This document shows, in pieces, positions 1 through 13,245 of a stretch of DNA of 64,000 nt (position 1 is the first letter of the stretch; every line of letters begins with the position of its first letter). Made by a program: the position numbers and the translations under genes. Below the pieces are notes generated by a model. The model saw only the letters and a program-made list of their open reading frames with translations. It ran no database searches and was not told the origin of the DNA. Source of the DNA: Mobula hypostoma (taxonomy: Eukaryota); contig NC_086118.1 in the NCBI RefSeq assembly GCF_963921235.1, positions 19,656,001 to 19,720,000 of the forward strand. Direction: 5' to 3'.

Positions 1-829
1 TGGATTTCTGTTAACTAGTCCACTGGTTATTTAGGGCAGCTGCTTATTTGGGCTAACTTTTAAAGAACATAAACCAATCAAGAAAATAGCTGAATATCTT
101 TTATTTATTTGGGACACTATGCCGCTTAATTGGGGCAGGAGACGGTTTATAGCTAGCATCCGTTGCCTGCACTTGCATAGTCATTAGACACTACATCGTG
201 CTTAGAGTGTTTTTTTTAAAATAGCATCAGTTGCATGTATTTGTGTTTAAAAAGCAGTAATTTTTATCATTTATAGTGGGTGAGAAGTAAGTAGTAAGAC
301 AATTCTGAACCGGTTTGCTCACTTTGTTTTCAAACATTCAGGCTTGAAGGATCTAGAAATGGCCAAGAGTGAAAATGAAATGATCTCAGTACTTCAGCAA
401 GTTAGGAACTCTGAAGAATTTGAAGGTATCAACAATCATCTAGAATGTTACAATGAAAATGAAGATTTGGAGGATGCAGTCATCGATTAGCACTGTGTGA
501 AGGCAGTCCATTATCCATACTAGGTGTCTACGCTGATTTTGTTCATTTACAGTCAATCAAAAGAAAAGGACAGCATACATTGGATTAATTCCTCCACTGA
601 TAACTATTAGGAACTAATACAGTTTTATGATACTGTTGTAATAATGATAGTGATCTAATTTGTTCTGTACTTCTTTTAAGTATATTATTTGTTACTCAGT
701 TAAATGGTAGTTTGTCTTTTTTATACCTTTTTAACTATTTCCCTGAAACTTTGGTTAATTGGAGCAGCTGCTTAATTATGCTAAACTGTACTGGTCCTGA
801 AGGGGGTCACAATTATCTGGAACCCATTG
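1..829 (+). mobile_element. Tigger/pogo-like (Tc1/mariner) non-autonomous DNA transposon remnant
   Basis: The window start TGGATTTCTGTTAACT roughly mirrors the end AATTATCTGGAACCCATTG, which is followed by TA. The subterminal motif GCAGCTGCTTA(A/T)TT is repeated. An acidic remnant (NSEEFEGINNHLECYNENEDLEDAVI) resembles Tigger C-termini. Confidence 0.5.
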
Positions 830-831
830 TA

Positions 832-1370
832 CTTCATTAGGAGATTGAGGAGATTGGGTATGTCACCAAAGACTTTACCAAATTTCTATGTACCATGGAG
901 AGCATTCTAATCGACTGCCTCACTGTCTGGTATGGCAGCTCCAATGTGCAGGATCAGAAAAGGCCACAGGCTCAGCCAGCTCCTTCTCAGATACCACACT
1001 CCCCACCACTGAGAATACCTACAAAAGGCAGTGCCGCAAGAAAACTGCATCCATCATTAAGGACCCTCAGCTTCTAGGTCATGCCCTTTTCTCATTCATA
1101 CCATCAAAGAGAAAGTACAGGAGCCTGAGCACCCACACTCAATTTTTTGCTCACTACATGAATTAATTCCATATTAACCTCATCAGATGAACAGCTTCTT
1201 CCCTTCCCCCATCTGATTTCTGAATTGTCCATGAACCCAACCTCACTTTTCCTCTTTTGCAGTTGTTATTTATTTTAACTTGAAGCAGTTTTTATGCTTG
1301 CACTGTATTGTTGCCGCAGAACAATACATTTTGCAGCATATGTCAGGGCTAATAAACCTACTTCTGATTC
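832..1370 (+). mobile_element. Rex1/Babar LINE 3' fragment
   Basis: Contains the ESILIDCLTVWYG motif (consensus ESILTGCITVWYG) and SIIKDP..GHALF..PS.RKYRSL, and ends in an AATAAACC..TTCTGATTC tail. Confidence 0.75.
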
Positions 1371-3100
1371 ATACTGTGTAATAGCCCTCTGTGGTTTAAA
1401 ATTGTAATGGTTAAATTAGTGCATTAACTATCCAGAGCCCCAGATGGATAATACTGAGATTTCAAATTCAGTCAGATTGCAAAACCCATTTAGTTCACTA
1501 ATACCTCATTCAGAAAGAACATTCTTAGTTCTCACCTAGTCTGGGCTGTTTGTGACTATCTGGCCCAAAGTAAATTTGTGGAAACTACTGTCTGAAAAGA
1601 TTTAGCCACTCCAGGACAACCTTTTCAAGGATAAACTGAGCAATCATCTCACAGTTAATTAGAAAATACATTAAGGGGGCTACTCAACTTCTTTAAAAGA
1701 TACAAACAGTAAATTACCTTTATAAAAATATAGCTGAGCTGGAGACATGCTGAAGAATTTTCAGCAAATATACCATATAGATTTCACAATACAGTTACAA
1801 TCTGCTGGACACACATCGCTCTCAGCCCGCACTACCTTAAGAGCACGCCCAGTTACATTTTAGCAATAACTCCTTGGGACATTGACATTTTCACTCTGAG
1901 TTACTTGCTTCAGCCTTGGGTCTTTGCTCTTTTATGTGGTGTCCATTTGAATTAGTGATTGCTGAATCTGTTTCTAAATTACTGGCAGGAATACAGCTTT
2001 CCACAAATCATCTCTGTAAAATACTTACGTAATCCAGTGTTTCTGACCCCTGCTACGTGAATTAGTTCCATATTAACCTCATCAAATTCATCTGTTCTGG
2101 TATATCTGCCTGAATATTAAGTAAAATCATGTCATTCACAACAATCACTCCAGCATACGGCATAGGTTATCATTGTTAATGACTGTTCCCTGTGGCATTA
2201 CTATAACCTCACATTCTCCCATAATTACTGGTCTAGACATCTATGTGTATTGACCTGAGCACTCAGGAATTTCTGAATATGCTTTGCTTTCAGCCGGCTG
2301 TTGGTTTTTCTATATTTAATTGGGCAATGCCGCAGTCACTTCATGCACTGCCCATGTCTTCCTCATAGTCCATTTAATTGCCCTTTAAATTCATTTGCTG
2401 ATGATGCTGCCTTCTATTCTGATTGTCCAAAATAGTGTGAATAAAACAAATCCTTTTAATACCATTTACACTAGATTAGTCACAATACACATTGCATGTT
2501 GCCAACTGGCACATATTTTAAGTCATTAATTGTATTATTTTTCAACCCCGAACCCCTGATGTTAAGGGTAGAAGCTCGCTTCAGTTGCTGGCAGATTCTC
2601 AGAGGAGCACATGCCAGATTCATTAATGAAAAGTGTTCAAATCTGAAATAGTCGAGACTGTCGGAGAATGAAATAAACAAACAACTGCCTGAAAAAAAAT
2701 GCCAACAGGTGCAGTTAACTGAGAGGAGGAAAGTAAAGAACAAGAGGAAACTCTCCTCTAAGCAAAGGTAGTGTCTGTTCTTTCTTTAAATGGAAATCAA
2801 GATAACTATTCCATCACAGCTGGGCTAGGCACATAAACCAACTCATTGTATACATTAGAGCCTGCTTTTCATGCTCAATTCGCAGATGCAAGCAATTTAA
2901 CCCAGATTAGATTGTACTGGCAATCATTTTCAGGTGAAATTGTCCTTGTCAGGAATTTACACTGAATACATTGATGTGCATTTCATCTTGGGGCATCTGA
3001 TAGATTCTCAGTATTATCAGTATTCTCACTTAGACAACAGAATTTACCTGCTGTGTATCACACCCAAATGGATTTTTTGTATACAGACAGGTCTTGCTCA

Positions 3101-3862
3101 TGTGATGCCCTGGTTAAAGGTTCTACTGCTATGCTATGAAGTATTTTATGATAGCAGTTTTTTGTAAAAGCAGTGTGTCCTGCTGGTGAGAGTGTTTTGG
3201 TTTTGGATGAAGATAAGGAGTCATGTTGTTCAAACTTAGGAATGTTGTGTCTGCCAATCAGGATGGTGAGATAGAGAAAAGATTCTAGAGAGTGATGGGC
3301 AGTGAAAGATTTCTGATGGATAGAAGCCAAGGTTCGTGACCCTTTGAGGGGCAATGCAGAGAGGAGAGAACAGGGAAGATGCCTAAAGAATCCTATCTGA
3401 AGGGAAGAGATGAAGGAGTCCAAGAAGGGAAGTTCTACCTGTGATTGGTGATGAGAATTCAATGTTGTGAGTTCAGCGATACACCCGCCACTGCAGACAT
3501 GAACTCCAACATTTATGTGCATATTTAGACTGGTTTAGTTGTAATGGGCCCTTTTATTTGTTTTTCTTTTCTTTGTCTTATTAACTGATAAAGCTGAAAT
3601 TGATAAATATACTTTCTTTATAATTTTATGTTGTTATATGATCTATTTCTTGGCAACCAATAATTATGTATGGGCGGTATTAACACAGCATTTGCACAAA
3701 TCAAGGTGTCTTGAGTTGGGATTCCCAACATTCCTGTTTGGTTGAACCCCAGATCATATGAACCCCAGATGTATATTGTTTAGAAAGGTGGCCTGCCCTC
3801 CACTGAATTACGAAGTTGGTTAATGAGCCAAGCTGGCATACGAGCTCTGGCAAAGGGTTGCA
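3101..3862. mobile_element. possible solo LTR
   Basis: Has TGTGATGCCC...GGGTTGCACA termini and LTR-like composition. No clear TSD. Confidence 0.25.
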
Positions 3863-3879
3863 CACATTTGTGGAGTGAG

Positions 3880-4810
3880 AATTAGAGTCATAGAAAAGTA
3901 CAGCCCACCTGGTCCATGCCAAACCATTTAAACTGCCTAGTCCCATCGATCTGCACCTGGACCATAGCCCTACATACCCTTGCCTTCAATGTACCTATCC
4001 TAACTTCTCTTAAACATTGAAATCAAGCTCGCATGCATCACTTGAGCTGGAAGCTCAATCCACACTCTCACAGCCCTTTGAGTGAAGAAATTTTCCCTCG
4101 TGCAACATTCACAAAATGTTGGAGGAACTCAGCAGGCCTGGCAGCATCGAGTAAGCAGTCAACATTTTGGGCTAAAAACCCTTCATCAGGACTGGAAAAG
4201 AAAGGGAAAGAATTCAGAATAAGGTGAGGGGGAAAGGAGGAAGAAGTACAAGGTGGCAGGTGATAGGTGAAACCAGGAGAGAGTGAGGGGGTGAAGTAAA
4301 TAGCTGTGGTTGATTGGTGGAAGAGATAAGGGCTGGAGAGGGGAAACCTCATAGGAGACCATGGAAGAAAATGAAGCGGGAGGAGCACCAGAGGGAGGTG
4401 ATGGGTAGGTAAGAAGAAAAGGTGTGAGAAGGAAGCATAAAGGAGAATGGTGAAAAAACGAAGATGGGGGGTAGGGAGGATAATTACCGAAAGTTCGAGA
4501 AATTGATGTTCATGTTATCAGGTTGGAAGCTATCCAGATGGAATACAAGGTTTTGCTCCTCCTACCTGAATGTGGCTTTATCATGGCAGTAGAGGAGGCC
4601 ATGGACTGAATGGGAATGGAAAGTAGAATTGAACTGGGTGGCCACCGGGAAATCCCAATTTTTGAGACAGACGAAGTGAAGGAGCTCAACGAAGCAGTCG
4701 TCCGAACTACGTTCGGTCTCACCGATATACAGGAAGTCATACAGGTAGTTTGCCCTCATGTTGTTCACCTTTCAACCTTAACCTATGATCTCTAGTCATA
4801 ATCCCACCCA
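3880..4810 (-). mobile_element. CR1 3' end fragment interrupted by a Penelope-like insertion
   Basis: The CR1 3' UTR/ORF2 end lies on the minus strand at 3880-4100 and resumes at about 4748 (TTTGCCCTCATGTT...CACCTTTCAACCTTAACC). Confidence 0.55.
4102..4745 (-). mobile_element. Penelope-like element 3' fragment (GIY-YIG remnant plus decayed hammerhead)
   Basis: Translates to LYIGETERSSDDCF...FPVATQFNSTFHSHS. A hammerhead-like CTGATGA-AGGG..CCC-AAAA at 4157-4193 has its GAAA mutated. Confidence 0.8.
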
Positions 4811-5112
4811 ACAATTCAAGTTATTCTTTCCAGTTCATGATGAAAGGTTAACTGTTTCTTGCTCCACTGATGCTGCGTGATATGTATGCCCAGCAATTTC
4901 TGGCCATACTCTGAAAACTTCCTTAACAGCTGTTGGCATTGAAGTTCAAAGTAAATTTATTATCAATGTACATATATGCCCCATATACAACACTGAGTTT
5001 CATTCTCTTGTGGCATACTCAATTAATCCATAATCGAATAATAACTATAACAGAATCAATGAAAGATCGCACCAACTCGGGTATTCAACCAGTGTACAAA
5101 GGACAACAAATT

Positions 5113-5836
5113 GTGCTTCACCTGTGAGTTGGCTGGGATGATATATTGCGTCGGGTGCTCCCGATCTGGCTTTCTATGTATTGGCGAGACCCGACGCAGA
5201 CTGGGAGATCATTTCGCTGAACACCCGCGCTCTGTCCGTCAGAGAAAGCAGGATCTCCCAGTGGCCACACATTTTAACTCCACGTCCCATTCCCATTCTG
5301 ATATGTCTATCCACAGCCTCCTGCACTGTAAAGATGAAGCCACACTCAGGTTGAAGGAACAACACCTTATATTCCATCTGGGTAGCCTCCAACCTGATGG
5401 CATGAACATTGACTTCTCAAACTTCCACTATTGCCCCACCTCTCCCTCGTACCCCATCCATTATTTATTTATTTGTATACACACATTCTTTTTCTCGCTC
5501 TCCTTTTTCTCCCTCTGTCCCTCTCACTATACCCCTTGCCCATCATCTGGGCTTCACCCCCCTCCCCCTTTTCTTTCTCCCTGGGACTCCAGTCCCATGA
5601 TCCTCTCATATCCCTTTTGCCAATCAACTGTCCAGCTCTTGGCTCCATCCCTCCCGCTCCTGTCTTCTCCTATTATTTTGGATCTCCCCCTCCCCCTCCC
5701 ACTTTCAAATCTCTTACTAGCTGTTCTTTCAGTTAGTCCTGACGAAGGGTCTCGGCCCGAAACGTCGACGGTACCTCTTCCTAGATGCTGCCTGGCCTGC
5801 TGCGTTCACCAGCAACTTTTATGTGTGTTGCTTGAA
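5113..5836 (+). mobile_element. Penelope-like element 3' fragment, GIY-YIG endonuclease C-terminus
   Basis: The ORF at 5111 reads FTCELAGMIYCVGCSRSGFLCIGETRRRLGDHFAEH...PVATHFN...EQHLIFHLGSLQPDGMN. A pyrimidine-rich tail and a hammerhead motif follow. Confidence 0.9.
5735..5770 (+). ncRNA. minimal type I hammerhead ribozyme motif (Penelope-associated)
   Basis: AGTC-CTGACGA-A-GGG TCTCGG CCC-GAAA-CG-TC-GACG gives the CUGANGA and GAAA cores, a GUC cleavage triplet, stem I GTC/GAC and a palindromic ACGT in place of stem III. Confidence 0.75.
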
Positions 5837-7832
5837 ATAATAATTATTTCCACTTTTGAAAGGGACATTGAAGCGATCAAAGTAACAGAGATTGTAGAAG
5901 AGAATAAATTGGCTCTTACAATAATAATTATTCCATCTCATTGGCTCTACTGCTTAAACCATGCAGTTTCATATAAGTCAAAATAAAGGTCACAATCTAT
6001 AATTACTAGAACTACCCTCACCCATTAGAAGTGCAGCTGAGTGGGAAATTCCTGTCTGTAATAAAATGGTATTATCTTTCACTTTTAGTTCAATTCTAAG
6101 AGTACTGTGAGCTAAGCTTTTACTGTGCTCACATGCTATATATAAAGATAAGACACCACTTTAAGCTGCTGGTATTGAGCCAAGCATGGGTGTTAAATTA
6201 ATAACTTGCACTGTTACTTCGTATAATGAAAGCAATTTAACTTATTAGTTCAATTTATTGCAGCATTATTGCCATACAATTTATAATATTTCTGGCTACA
6301 AGTCACTTGTAGACAAATTTAAGGCTTTGACAATATTTTAAATGTACTAAAATGCAACTGATTTGTGTAATATTACAAAAACAAATGCAGAACACTTCAA
6401 CATGGAGATATCCTGGAGCTAAATTTTGTTATAGTATTTCTTAATAGTATGTGCTGCCCACCAAAACATAAATACTTTCTTATTGACCTCACAAACTACA
6501 AGTGTATATATACCTAAGACTTTTCCACAGTACTATAGGTTAACATTCGCAAACTCTGTTTGTCAGAACTCTGTTTACATGTTCAGAGTGTCCAGTAAAA
6601 GAACTTGACTCTATACCTATTCAGGTCTAAGTATAGGAATTCTGTGGAATAGACATAAAACTGGTAATAGACAAAATAAACTGACCAACAAGCAATGAAG
6701 CACCCAGCCTAGGCAACTTGCAGTAATGGGTCATATCATCTAAGTCATCTCCTTGAGTTGGGCAAGTCTTGAATGGGATTCACACGGCAATTTTTCTGCT
6801 ACGTCATCGTCCCAGATTCTGCTTTGTGCTGTCTGCTTTTAAGGTCGATATTAGAGGCATGGAAGCCCTACAAACCAATCACTGATGCATCTCACAATGT
6901 AAGACAGCAGATTGTAACAGACTCATCTCTTAGCCAATTCAATCTGCTCCAGGACACTAACCATCTGCTGTAGTCAATTTGGAAGGAGGAGTTGTTAAAC
7001 AAGGACCAAAGTAATACCAAATCTCGCCCTTTATCACACTGGGAAGTGTCATACTGAGGGGTATTTTCTGAGTTATATCCACACTCCACCAATAAAATCT
7101 CTAAAGGAATTCATACCTTACCTTTCCACTCAAGTGCTTATAATCTTTAGGAGGCTAAAGGAGTTGACAAGCAGGCTGAAAGCAATTGTGTGTAGAGGGT
7201 ACAAAATAGAAATGGCCTCACAAATCATGAATTATATACAATTTCTTATGCTTTTACAAGTTTATTCAGCCATAAAACTATTCACTTTTAATTGCTATAA
7301 TATTCTTTACGCAAGAAATAAAAAACCATCTTTTCACACAAGGGGTCCTACTGTAAAACTGACAGTTAGCAATAGTTTTGGAAATGATAAAAGGTCATAA
7401 TACCTGTTGCCTATAAAAATAACCATCAAGGATATAATTTCAGATGTGATTCAATCTCAAGAGTCAGTTCTTTAACTTTTTATTTTATTAATGTTATTAT
7501 GATTATTATTATTATTGATACCCTTTCCCTTAATATCCATAAAGATTTCCATTCCCTTTTTTCATTTATTTCAGTTAAAACTACTCACAATGCTTATTGA
7601 TTTTTTTTCCTCAGATTTATTTTACTCCACCTTCCTCCAACTTCACTTCCTCCTGCAACTTGGAAGCTTTTAAAATCTGTTCCTTCATTCATCTCACCTG
7701 ATTGGATCCCTAAATTACAGATTTGGTAGTCCAGAGAAGGGGCACTCAGCCCAAAACAGTCTGTCAGCACTTTCAAAGAATAATGCCAGAACCCTAATTT
7801 CCACAGCCTTTCCCTGTTTCTTGACAAGTTCA

Positions 7833-8220
7833 ATGATTCAATGGTTCCATTTCGTATCAGAGAACATGCACAGTATACAACATGAAATTCCTACTCTTCA
7901 TAGACATCCATGAAACAGAAGAAAAAAACAATGATTGTATGACAGGAAAATGTTAGAACCTCAAAGCTCCCCTTCACACTCTCCCATGCACAAGCAGCGG
8001 CAAAAGCATCAACCCTTCCCCTCCCCCTCCTTCATCTGCCTCAGCAAAAAACATCAGGCCACCGCCCCCCCCCCCACGATCGCCATGCAAGGAATAGAAA
8101 AACTAACCCCAAAGAGACCATGATCTAGAATCAAAAATCACTGTTCACCCCAAAAGTTCAATATACCACAGACTCTCTCTCTCGCCCTAACAAAGGAGAG
8201 AGGTATCACTCCTGCCACAG
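7833..8220 (-). mobile_element. non-autonomous retroposon 3' part, related to 59835-60632
   Basis: Its tail is similar to the reverse complement of 60440-60630 (GATG..T..GAAGA..A..ATTTCA.G.TGTATA.TGT...CAT). Confidence 0.45.
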
Positions 8221-8689
8221 TACTTATCAAATCCCATTTTCAATATTGCAGTAAAACCTTTGCCCATCGTTCTATCAGACTGTATATTGCAAATCTTATA
8301 TGTTGACACAACGCCTTGCCAAAGGTTTCTTTTAGTTCCTTAGCAAGTCATCTTAAGTTGCTGCCCTCAACTCTTCAGGCATTGCAAGTACTTTATTTAT
8401 TACGTATGATTAATTCAAAACTTTGTATGCCTTTATCTAATTGCCTTTGATTTACAAAATATACCCACATCTTCCTTCTATATAAATAATTGTAACCTCA
8501 TCCCTGCAATCATTCTACAACATCTCCTTTGCACCTACTCTAAATCTTCTCCCCTATGCTTCCATTGTTGTTGGCACCTTCTGCTATTTTCTTCCTCTCA
8601 ATTTTCCTGATGAATAAGTAGGACTGCTGCAACTGAACTCATAGCTTCTCACAACAACACCTCCAACCCAAGGAAGTATAACCATTTAC

Positions 8690-10085
8690 CAGTCTAGTCA
8701 AAGCCATTACCGTCTTTGAGTAGGCTGGCATCAATATTCTGGGGGACACATATGATCAGAACCTCAAATGAACCAGTCACACAATTGCTGTGGCTACAAG
8801 AGCAGGTTAGAAAGTGGGTACTGTGCAATGACTGATTCCCTTTCTGATACCAAAGTTTTCCAACCATCTACTGTACAAGACACAGATGTGAGCCTGATGA
8901 AATGCCCTCTACTTGTGTATGTACATGAGCAACAGTAAAGGCTGTTTTATACTTGTGCGTCAAATATACGCTGTAGGTATGGCGTAGCCGTGTACCTTAC
9001 CCTGTACTCTACGCCAAACCCTACGCCATAGCCTAACGCACACCTCTCCCAAAATGTAACTACGTGTCTCGGCGACGCAGACCGAAACAACTGTGATTGG
9101 TCCAATTGGTAGCATTGCATTTCCTCCTACGCTGCAATAGCTTCCCATTGGGCAACTGAAGGGCGGGGAAGGAACTCTGGCTGCAATGCTTTCCATAAAG
9201 CTTTACAGACCTCCGAAATTATGGAGGACCCTGTGCTTGACGCCAGTTTGTAATTAGCTGCTACAGCCTGTTGACTTCCACCTGAAGCTAAAACTCAAAT
9301 GGTGATTGCCGGTCTCTGAGTATACTGTGTGTACACTGATGCGAAATAAATGGTTGGAGACGATGAGCCAAATTGTCAAATCTACCTGCCGACATCCGAA
9401 AATATTTGAAATGCATTTCCTCGTCCATGTATCTCAGTGGCCGGACAAGCACAGAAAATTCACCCTCCTTCAGTTTCAGTCGCCATTGTTTGAAGTTTGA
9501 GTTTCTTCGTGTTGAGTTTCAACACGAAGAAACTCAACACAGTGGCATAGAAACCCCACTGCCAACTAGCGTTTTGGTGGTGAATTGCAGACACACCAAC
9601 GCAGAAGTATAAATGCTCACCACGGCATAGCCCACTTGCGTAGGCTACGGTGTAAGCTAGTCCGCACAAGTATAAACCAGCCTTAAGAAGCTGAACGGCA
9701 AACAGAACAAAGCAAAGCCCCATACACCACACTAAATATTCATCATCAAGTCAGCTTGATAGTAATGTATACCATCTACAAATGCACTGCAGTTACTCAC
9801 TAAGATTATTCTGGCAGCAATCCCAGAACCTACTGCCAAGGACAAGGGTAACAAGTAATGGGAACATTACTACTGATAAGCTCCAGTCCAAGTCACACAG
9901 CCTCCTGACTTGGAAATATATCATTGTTCCTTCATCATCACTAAGTATAAATTGTGGAACTCCCTACTAACAGCTTAGTGGGAAAGTATTCATTCAAACA
10001 CTTTAAATCAGGTTGGGTCATGACTATCTTTGCAAGGGCAATTAAGGATGGGTAATAAATATTAATCTTTCCAATAATGCCAGTG
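8690..10085 (+). mobile_element. ancient CR1/L2-group LINE 3' fragment interrupted by a Harbinger MITE
   Basis: Degenerate ORF2 end (TIY..AQM..LMKCPL-like) with YTIYKCTAVTH and a 3' UTR, continuing on both sides of 8939-9683. Confidence 0.5.
8939..9683. mobile_element. PIF/Harbinger non-autonomous DNA transposon (MITE)
   Basis: 21-bp TIRs AGGCTGTTTTATACTTGTGCG / CGCACAAGTATAAACCAGCCT with one mismatch, flanked by a TAA TSD (8936-8938, 9684-9686). Confidence 0.85.
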
Positions 10086-10906
10086 TATACTGAGAAATCA
10101 ATACAATTTCCTCAAGGATTTTACAGTATTAAATACCAGATGGCATTTGTTCTGTACTTAAACCCATAATGCTGTTACCTTTGTACTATTTCTCCAGAAT
10201 AGAATGAGGTAAATTTAATTGCAGCCATGCACAAATCCACCTCAGGTCTTTTTTACAAACAAAAGGCAGTTTAAAAGAGAAGATTTCTTCTCTCTCTCTT
10301 TCCTGCATGGTAATCTTGTGCTAAGAGCATTGATTGCTTACAGATCAGGCCAAATTTAATTTAAAACAAAAACATCAGAGGAATGCAAACTATGTATGGA
10401 TGAAAAGTTAGCAAACAGATAATTTTCATTTTTGAAATGTGCTGGAAACTCACCAAAGCATGGACATTTGTTCATTAAATGTATTTTGTTGAAGTTGATT
10501 GTGGAAATAAAGCATTGCTATTAACATTGAGCACTCATGCATATTATAGCAATATAGGGTTCAGTTCCTTCATTTAATTTATTTTATACCATTGGAGGCA
10601 AACTCTGATTACAGAGTATATAATTCAGAGTTGAAAACCTTAAGTGTAGATCATACATTTGCACCATAATCTTCAATTAAGTTCTGTTTTTTTTAAACAA
10701 ATTTAAGATTTTCAGATTCAAATTCATCACTCTTTGTAAATTATTACTTTATCTAAATCTCTTTGCAAATCAAACTGAAAGGTCTTTACTGTAGTTTAAA
10801 CCTTCAAATTTTCTTCTGTCCAATCTATCTTTTCAGACTGGCCAAGTTCTTACAACAATTTTAAGTTTGCTCCTTAATGACACAATATTATTATTGCATA
10901 TAGTAT

Positions 10907-11470
10907 TGTAAGGGGTTTCTTCTTTTATGTTACTGTGTAGGCTAATTAAAATGGCTTCTTTGTTATGTTAACTGCTGAGAAAGTTCTCTCGCTAGCAGCT
11001 TGTTTTGGTTATATTATTGATAAGCGAACAAACGAACCAATTGGGATAGATGTTATTCTTTCTAGTGTGTCTGTAAGTTATTGTGATGCGCGGGTTTTTG
11101 GGCAGAAGGCACGATGGAGAGAGAGACAATGGACAAGGTGCTCTGAGCTGGCTAACAGGGTCGGACCCCGAGCAGGAATCCGAGGTCCAGGGACTTCGGC
11201 GAGGAGAGGAAATGGAGACAGACTCATGTGGAGTGTTTGGTTGACCACCGTGGTTGGTCCCAGGCAGCAGGTCGAGCTGGTCAGAGGGAATCGAATGGTA
11301 AAGAGAGGATCATTACTAGAGCTCCAACTGTTATGCACAAAAAGATTGAACTTTGATGAGTGTGGTGCCTTTTATTTTCCTTTTATATTTTATCTCTAGT
11401 AATTATATAGTTCCAGTAATATCTATAAATTGTAATTTATTTAATCGTATATGGTGTATTGTCTGTTATA
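10907..11470 (+). mobile_element. possible LTR fragment
   Basis: Starts TGTAAGGGG and has a CpG-richer core in an AT-rich background with an AT-rich 3' part. No clear CA terminus or TSD. Confidence 0.3.
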
Positions 11471-11889
11471 CTGTAGGGAGCTACAGTATAAATAACTAAC
11501 AATCAAATGCAACAGAAATTTAATAGAGCTTTTAATAACTACATCAGACTGCCTCAGACTGCACTGCAATTATTGCTTCTTGCAACTCTGAGACGGCTGA
11601 CACTTCCAAGTCACTGGCTGCGGCAGTGGGTCTGTGACGTGCCAGTCCTTTATCCCAACAGAGGAACTGATTTACTCTGCAGGAGACAGGAATTGGTGAC
11701 TGAGTAGCTGACAAGCCAACTGCAAAAAAATACATTTTATGGAGCTCTTACCTAGATATCAGAGCCCTGGTGACTCATTTAAATTGCTGGAAATACTGGA
11801 GAAAAGTAATTTCATTACAGAATGTGACCATTCTGCTCACCTTTGTAGGTTCCCACCATTCCTCATTCAAATCATTTCATTACAAGGTA

Positions 11890-12380
11890 GATATCTGGTA
11901 TGTTACCAAAGACACTCACAAATTTCTACAGATGTACCATGGAAAACATTCAATCTGGCTGCATCACCATCTGTTACGGGGAAGGGGAGCTACTGCACAG
12001 AATCGAAATAAGCCACAGTAAACTTAGTCAGCTCCATCATGGGCACTAGCCTCCGTTATATCCCCGACATCTTCAAGGAGTCCATCGTTAAGAACCAACA
12101 CCCGCGCCCCCCATCACCCAGATCATGCCTTGTTCTCATCACTCCATCAGGAAGGAGGTAAGGAACCCTGAAGGCACACACTCAGCGGGTCAGAAACAGC
12201 TTCTTCCTCTTTGCCATCCAAATTCTGAATTGACATTGAACCCATTCCATTTTCGCACTGTTTAACTATATACATACTGTAATTTACAAGGTATTTCTAT
12301 CATTATACATTGCATTGTACTCCTGCCACAAAGGCAACAAATTTCCCAACCTATGCTGGTGACATTAAACCTGATTCTGA
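11890..12380 (+). mobile_element. Rex1/Babar LINE 3' fragment
   Basis: NFYRCTMENIQSGCITI motif and an ATTAAACCTGATTCTG tail; homologous to 832-1370. Confidence 0.7.
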
Positions 12381-13245
12381 CTTTCCTCTGGATACCACTG
12401 TAATTCTTCTGCCAATAGCTTAAATCTACACCCCTAGTTACCAACCTCTCTCTACCAGATGAAGTATGTCCTTCTCGTTCATCCTGGGAGGACTGCCATG
12501 ATTTTATATACTTCACTATAATCTTCCCTCAGACTCTATTATTCTAAAGAAGTTAATTTCAGTCTCTCCTCTTAAATGTGATTCTCCAGCTTTGACAGCA
12601 CTATTTTCTTCAGCACCCCACCGAACTCCGTACCTGTTCTGTGGTGTGGAGGTCAGAACTTTGCACAGTGCTCTAACTGCAGCCTAAACAGTATTTTATA
12701 TAGTTACAACATAATATCCAGTTATTTCATGTTTGCCTTCCAAAAATAATAATAGTTCTGATTAAAAGTTTTTGACTTAAAGGTTAAATCATTTTCTCTT
12801 TCCACAGATGGTGTCTGAGCTGCTGAGTGCCTCCAGCATTTTCTGTTTTTATGTCAGATTTCAAGAAGTGTGATTTAATTTGATTTTAATTATCACCTAT
12901 CCTGCTACCTCCAGGGTCCTGTGTCAAGATCTTACTGTTTTTCCCACACTTATGATTATTCTGCCATTTTACTTCCATAAATTTATCACTCATATTTCTC
13001 CAGCAAAAAAAAACAATCAGCTGGAGATACTCAACAGATCAAGCAGAATCAGAGGGAGGAGAGAAATTGTTGATATTTCAAGTCGAAACTCTGCATCGGT
13101 GTCTCCACTCATACTTCTCCAGATTGAATCCCATTTGTCATTAGCGTGCCCATCAACCAGTCTAACATCTAGCATCATGCAGCTTAGACTTGCCTCCTCG
13201 CTGTCAGCTACATTGCCAAGCTGAGTATCATAGCAAACTTCTCGA

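Noticed and set aside
5111..5986. 291-aa standalone nuclease gene
   Set aside because: Only the first ~105 aa are the GIY-YIG end of a truncated Penelope element. The rest is read-through into the low-complexity tail.
6775..6900. promoter (TACGTCA and CCAAT motifs)
   Set aside because: Such short motifs are expected by chance, and there is no CpG island or linked gene.
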